DNA of 64,000 nt. It comes from Bacillota bacterium (GTDB lineage: Bacteria > Bacillota > JAAYKD01). Location of the stretch: the NCBI GenBank assembly GCA_963666425.2, contig OY762825.2, positions 800,001-864,000 on the forward strand. Direction: 5' to 3'. The notes beneath the pieces were generated by a model. It saw only the letters and a program-made list of their open reading frames with translations. It ran no database searches and was not told the origin of the DNA. This document shows positions 60,756 to 64,000 of the stretch, one piece after another (within the stretch, counting starts at the first letter, position 1; the number at the start of each line of letters is the position of its first letter). The position numbers and the translations under genes were made by a program.

Positions 60756-61721
60756 TCATATACTTTGCTCTGCAAAACAGTGCTTCACAGCATATTGAAA
60801 CGATTTCATTAAAAACGCAATTGCCTTTCGACTCACCTTAGCACAGCTATTGATCCTATCAAAAGCATGATAGCAGCCTGCATAGAGTTCGAAATCGACC
60901 GGAACACCTGCATCTCTTAGATTTTTCACATATATAATTGTCTCGTCTCTAAATGGTTCCAGATCTCCAACGAAAGCTACTGCCGGGGGAAGGCTGCCGA
61001 AATCTGTTGCTCTTGCAGGTGCTGCATAAGAAGGAACGTATTGCCCAGTTAGATCACCCAAATACAATCCCCACGCCACCCGATTTGCCTCGGAATTCCA
61101 GACAGGCGCATTATTTCCCTTTGCGGATTCGCTTGTCATTGTATCGTCAAGCATTGGATACAGCAGCATTTGAAATGCGATTTTCACACCGCTATGATCC
61201 CTTTCGTAGAGAGCAAGGGCAGCTGCAAGCCCCCCTCCAGCGCTTTCACCACCGATCATCAGTTGATCGGCCCGGATTCCCAGTTCATTGGCATGGTCCT
61301 TCATCCACAGAAGCGCTTCATGGCAATCATTCAGAGCTGCCGGATACGGTGCATCCAAAGAAAGGCGATAATCCGGTGCAACGACAATACAGCCACTTAC
61401 CACAATAAACTTTTTGATTAACCCTCTGCTTATTTCAGGAACACCAAACGCGTAGCCTCCGCCATGCATCCACAGTACTCCGGCAGCACCTGGTGAAGAG
61501 ACAAGCGGTTTGTAAATGCATATACGCAACTTGGTGTTATCTTGTCTTCTTGTTATCCATTCCTCGCTGCAGAGCATTCCCTTGATTTTTTTCCCTCGCA
61601 GAAGATCAGACAACTTTCGGAGTCTTCGAAAACTCTCTTTGCTCGACATTTTCACAATCATTTTAAATATGCTGCCCGGAATTCGTAATTGTCTGTCAAT
61701 CATTTTTCTCTCTATCTTCAT
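60756..61721 (-). CDS. Alpha/beta hydrolase (HSL-family esterase)
   Basis: HGGGY, GESAGG, catalytic His in YHAF. Confidence 0.92.
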   Translation of the reverse strand: MKIERKMIDRQLRIPGSIFKMIVKMSSKESFRRLRKLSDLLRGKKIKGMLCSEEWITRRQDNTKLRICIYKPLVSSPGAAGVLWMHGGGYAFGVPEISRGLIKKFIVVSGCIVVAPDYRLSLDAPYPAALNDCHEALLWMKDHANELGIRADQLMIGGESAGGGLAAALALYERDHSGVKIAFQMLLYPMLDDTMTSESAKGNNAPVWNSEANRVAWGLYLGDLTGQYVPSYAAPARATDFGSLPPAVAFVGDLEPFRDETIIYVKNLRDAGVPVDFELYAGCYHAFDRINSCAKVSRKAIAFLMKSFQYAVKHCFAEQSI

Positions 61722-61786
61722 AATCCCTCATATAACAGCTTGATTTGCTGCAGTTTCACCCTATTGAGCATTGCTATCATGATTGA

Positions 61787-63391
61787 TTATTCAAGCCTTT
61801 TTGCTTTCTTAAGCGTACTTATAACCTGATCAGCAGCAATCTTACCGGTTAGGATACTAATGGGTAAACCGGAAGGACTAAATGTCCATTGTCCAGCTTG
61901 AACAATATCTGGAATTGGTGTGTAACAGGTATTTTTGATTTCAGTCATTTTACTGATAGCGGGTATCACATCATTCGTAAAAGCCCAACCGGTGATACCG
62001 CCGTCCAGGTTACCGCTTAACCGTTCAATAGTGAGTGGTGTAGAACTGAACCGGTGAATTACTTTTTCTTTTATATTTTCATAAATACCACTGTCTAGAA
62101 CGCAAATGATCTTATCTTCAGCAAATTTCTTAAACTCTTCATAAAAGCCTAATGCATTGATATTACTGATAAAATCATAATCCATTAAAACGCTAACAAC
62201 TAAACCGGTTTTTCCTTTTGGAGCGAGCGCCTCATTCCGTAATGATGGAATGGCGATTTCATAGGTAGTATAATTGAGGTAATCATTCATCCATTCGAAA
62301 ATCTCTTTTTTTTCAGTCGCATTGCTAATGCTTTTCAGTTTATCGAAAACTTTTGATTGCCCAGTCTTATTCGGAGTATAAAAGACATGACCAGTGGATT
62401 TTTTCAAAAAGTATTCCCTATCCAAATCAACAGCTAAAAAAAGTGAATAGATAGAATCTCCTCCTCTTTTTCCCAGGAGAAGTTCTTTTTGTTTCTCTAT
62501 TTCGTGCGTTATTTTAACGTCTTTGATTGTCTCCATATCAACTGCTTTATAGAGCTGATTCGGATCAGCTGCCCAAATTAACTGGTTATATTCGTACTGC
62601 TGATTATTCTGATCAAAAAGCGTTTTATTGAAATAATCTATTCTCTTAATTTTTGTATCCGTACAAATTGTGCCACCAAATTTTACAATATGATCTTGCA
62701 TTTTCTCAACCAAATCATATGTACCTTTCACTGGGTACTCATAATCCAAGTAAAGACTAAAGTAACTCAAAGCAAAAGAAGCAGGTGTTTTTTGAAAAAA
62801 ATGCTGACTAATGATATCAATCAAGGATTGATTATTGGTTAACCGACTCAAGTGTTCATGAACGGGCAGATTAAATTGCTTAATTTTACCTGATTTGGCC
62901 ATAAATTGAAAAAGCCAAGGAATCAATATTTTAAATACATATTTCCTATCTTTTGCAAGATCTTTGAATAACGGATTCTCGATTCCATATAAAACATCCA
63001 TATAATCCATGATTTTTCTAATATCTTGAAGGATAGCATGTATGTCTTTTTTATTATCGGGGTAAAGTTTCGCCAGCATGTCTCGATAAGCATTCAAACT
63101 GTTCATTGCTTCAACTTGAATCATTTCTTCTTCGATTCCAATCGAAACAATGCTTCTGACAAATTCAACATCGATATTAAGCTGCTTTAACATCGGCTTT
63201 ACGATTCCCGAATCAACAATCCCTCTCACACCGGCATCAAACAAAAAACCGTCATAGTAGAACGAACTTACTAAACCACCGACATGATCTTCTTTTTCGC
63301 AAAGCCTTATTTTATAACCGTTCTTGGCCAGGTAAGCCGCGCTTGTTAGTCCGGCGATCCCACCGCCGACAATAATTGCATCATACCGCAT
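61787..63391 (-). CDS. Phytoene-desaturase-family FAD oxidoreductase
   Basis: IVGGGIAGL...EK...GG...FDAG; STPLT, G.ITGW, AGQWT...GLP. Confidence 0.85.
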   Translation of the reverse strand: MRYDAIIVGGGIAGLTSAAYLAKNGYKIRLCEKEDHVGGLVSSFYYDGFLFDAGVRGIVDSGIVKPMLKQLNIDVEFVRSIVSIGIEEEMIQVEAMNSLNAYRDMLAKLYPDNKKDIHAILQDIRKIMDYMDVLYGIENPLFKDLAKDRKYVFKILIPWLFQFMAKSGKIKQFNLPVHEHLSRLTNNQSLIDIISQHFFQKTPASFALSYFSLYLDYEYPVKGTYDLVEKMQDHIVKFGGTICTDTKIKRIDYFNKTLFDQNNQQYEYNQLIWAADPNQLYKAVDMETIKDVKITHEIEKQKELLLGKRGGDSIYSLFLAVDLDREYFLKKSTGHVFYTPNKTGQSKVFDKLKSISNATEKKEIFEWMNDYLNYTTYEIAIPSLRNEALAPKGKTGLVVSVLMDYDFISNINALGFYEEFKKFAEDKIICVLDSGIYENIKEKVIHRFSSTPLTIERLSGNLDGGITGWAFTNDVIPAISKMTEIKNTCYTPIPDIVQAGQWTFSPSGLPISILTGKIAADQVISTLKKAKRLE

Positions 63392-63395
63392 CGAA

Positions 63396-64000
63396 TCATA
63401 CTTCCTTTTCTACAAAACCCGCCATGATCATACTAAAATCCCAGATTTTTTTCTGTTTTCTCAGATCCAAAGCATGTTTTGCCGGTTTTTCTTCCATTGT
63501 CAGATTAAAAAATTTACCGTTCACCTTACTTAACTCTTTCGCTGAAGCCAAATAATAAATTGCGTCTCCGGCTATCTTCGGATCTTTTAAAAAGTGCCAG
63601 GTCACATGATGTAAAAACCAGCGATACAATCTACCATTATTATTACCTATATTCGTTCTTACCCCACCCGGATGCACGGCATTCATAGTAACACCTGTGC
63701 CTTCCAAGTCTTTCGCGAATTGCCAGACAGTTAATAATTGTGCTGTCTTAGATGCCCCATAACTTCTCAAACCGGTGTAGAATCTTTTTTCCCAGTTTAT
63801 ATCATCTATTTGTAAACCGTTAAAACGATGTCCCTCGGAATTGACTTGAATAATCCTTGAAGGCGACGATTCAATCATTTTTTTCAACAGCAATTTCGTC
63901 ATCAGGAAGGTTGCCAAATGATTCACACAAAAAACCATTTCAACGCCGTCTTCCGTTAATTTCCTTCTGGTTAAATAAATACCGACACTGTTGATCAAGA
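63396..64000 (-). CDS. Short-chain dehydrogenase/reductase, retinol-dehydrogenase-like (5' end outside the window)
   Basis: VNHLA.FL, YGASK, NAVHPGGV. Confidence 0.88.
   Translation of the reverse strand, partial: LINSVGIYLTRRKLTEDGVEMVFCVNHLATFLMTKLLLKKMIESSPSRIIQVNSEGHRFNGLQIDDINWEKRFYTGLRSYGASKTAQLLTVWQFAKDLEGTGVTMNAVHPGGVRTNIGNNNGRLYRWFLHHVTWHFLKDPKIAGDAIYYLASAKELSKVNGKFFNLTMEEKPAKHALDLRKQKKIWDFSMIMAGFVEKEV

Overview
Chromosomal window from an anaerobic Firmicute (Clostridia-like RBS and sigma-A promoters, SLH proteins, [FeFe]-hydrogenase). 1-10 kb: livKHM branched-chain amino acid ABC operon behind an unusually long Ile/Leu/Val-rich leader ORF plus terminator, and a trimeric [FeFe]-hydrogenase whose NuoF-like subunit is fused to a GltD-like domain. 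10.9-16 kb: an operon, divergent from an HxlR-family regulator, joining an ACGX-repeat peptide and radical SAM/SPASM maturase to a nitroreductase, a class M sirtuin (SirTM), an iron-sulfur flavoprotein and a Zn-macrodomain, with no GcvH-L or LplA. 16-35 kb: accessory stress/resistance genes (BlaI/M56, leader-controlled methyltransferase, NfeD/FloA, APH-like kinase, DJ-1/WYL, serine hydrolase, DinB, yybP-ykoY riboswitch with dead mntP, TetR, PadR). 35-60 kb: an island bracketed by two ~450-bp padR direct repeats, holding two large surface proteins, a PAS kinase/AraC regulator pair, IS3 and IS110 elements, and an AT-rich RiPP cluster (ABC exporter, rSAM/SPASM, 9-Cys precursor enclosed by an inverted repeat, S41-like protein lacking the catalytic Ser). 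60-64 kb: SDR, phytoene-desaturase-like and esterase genes. All calls come from motif recognition by eye; no searches were run.
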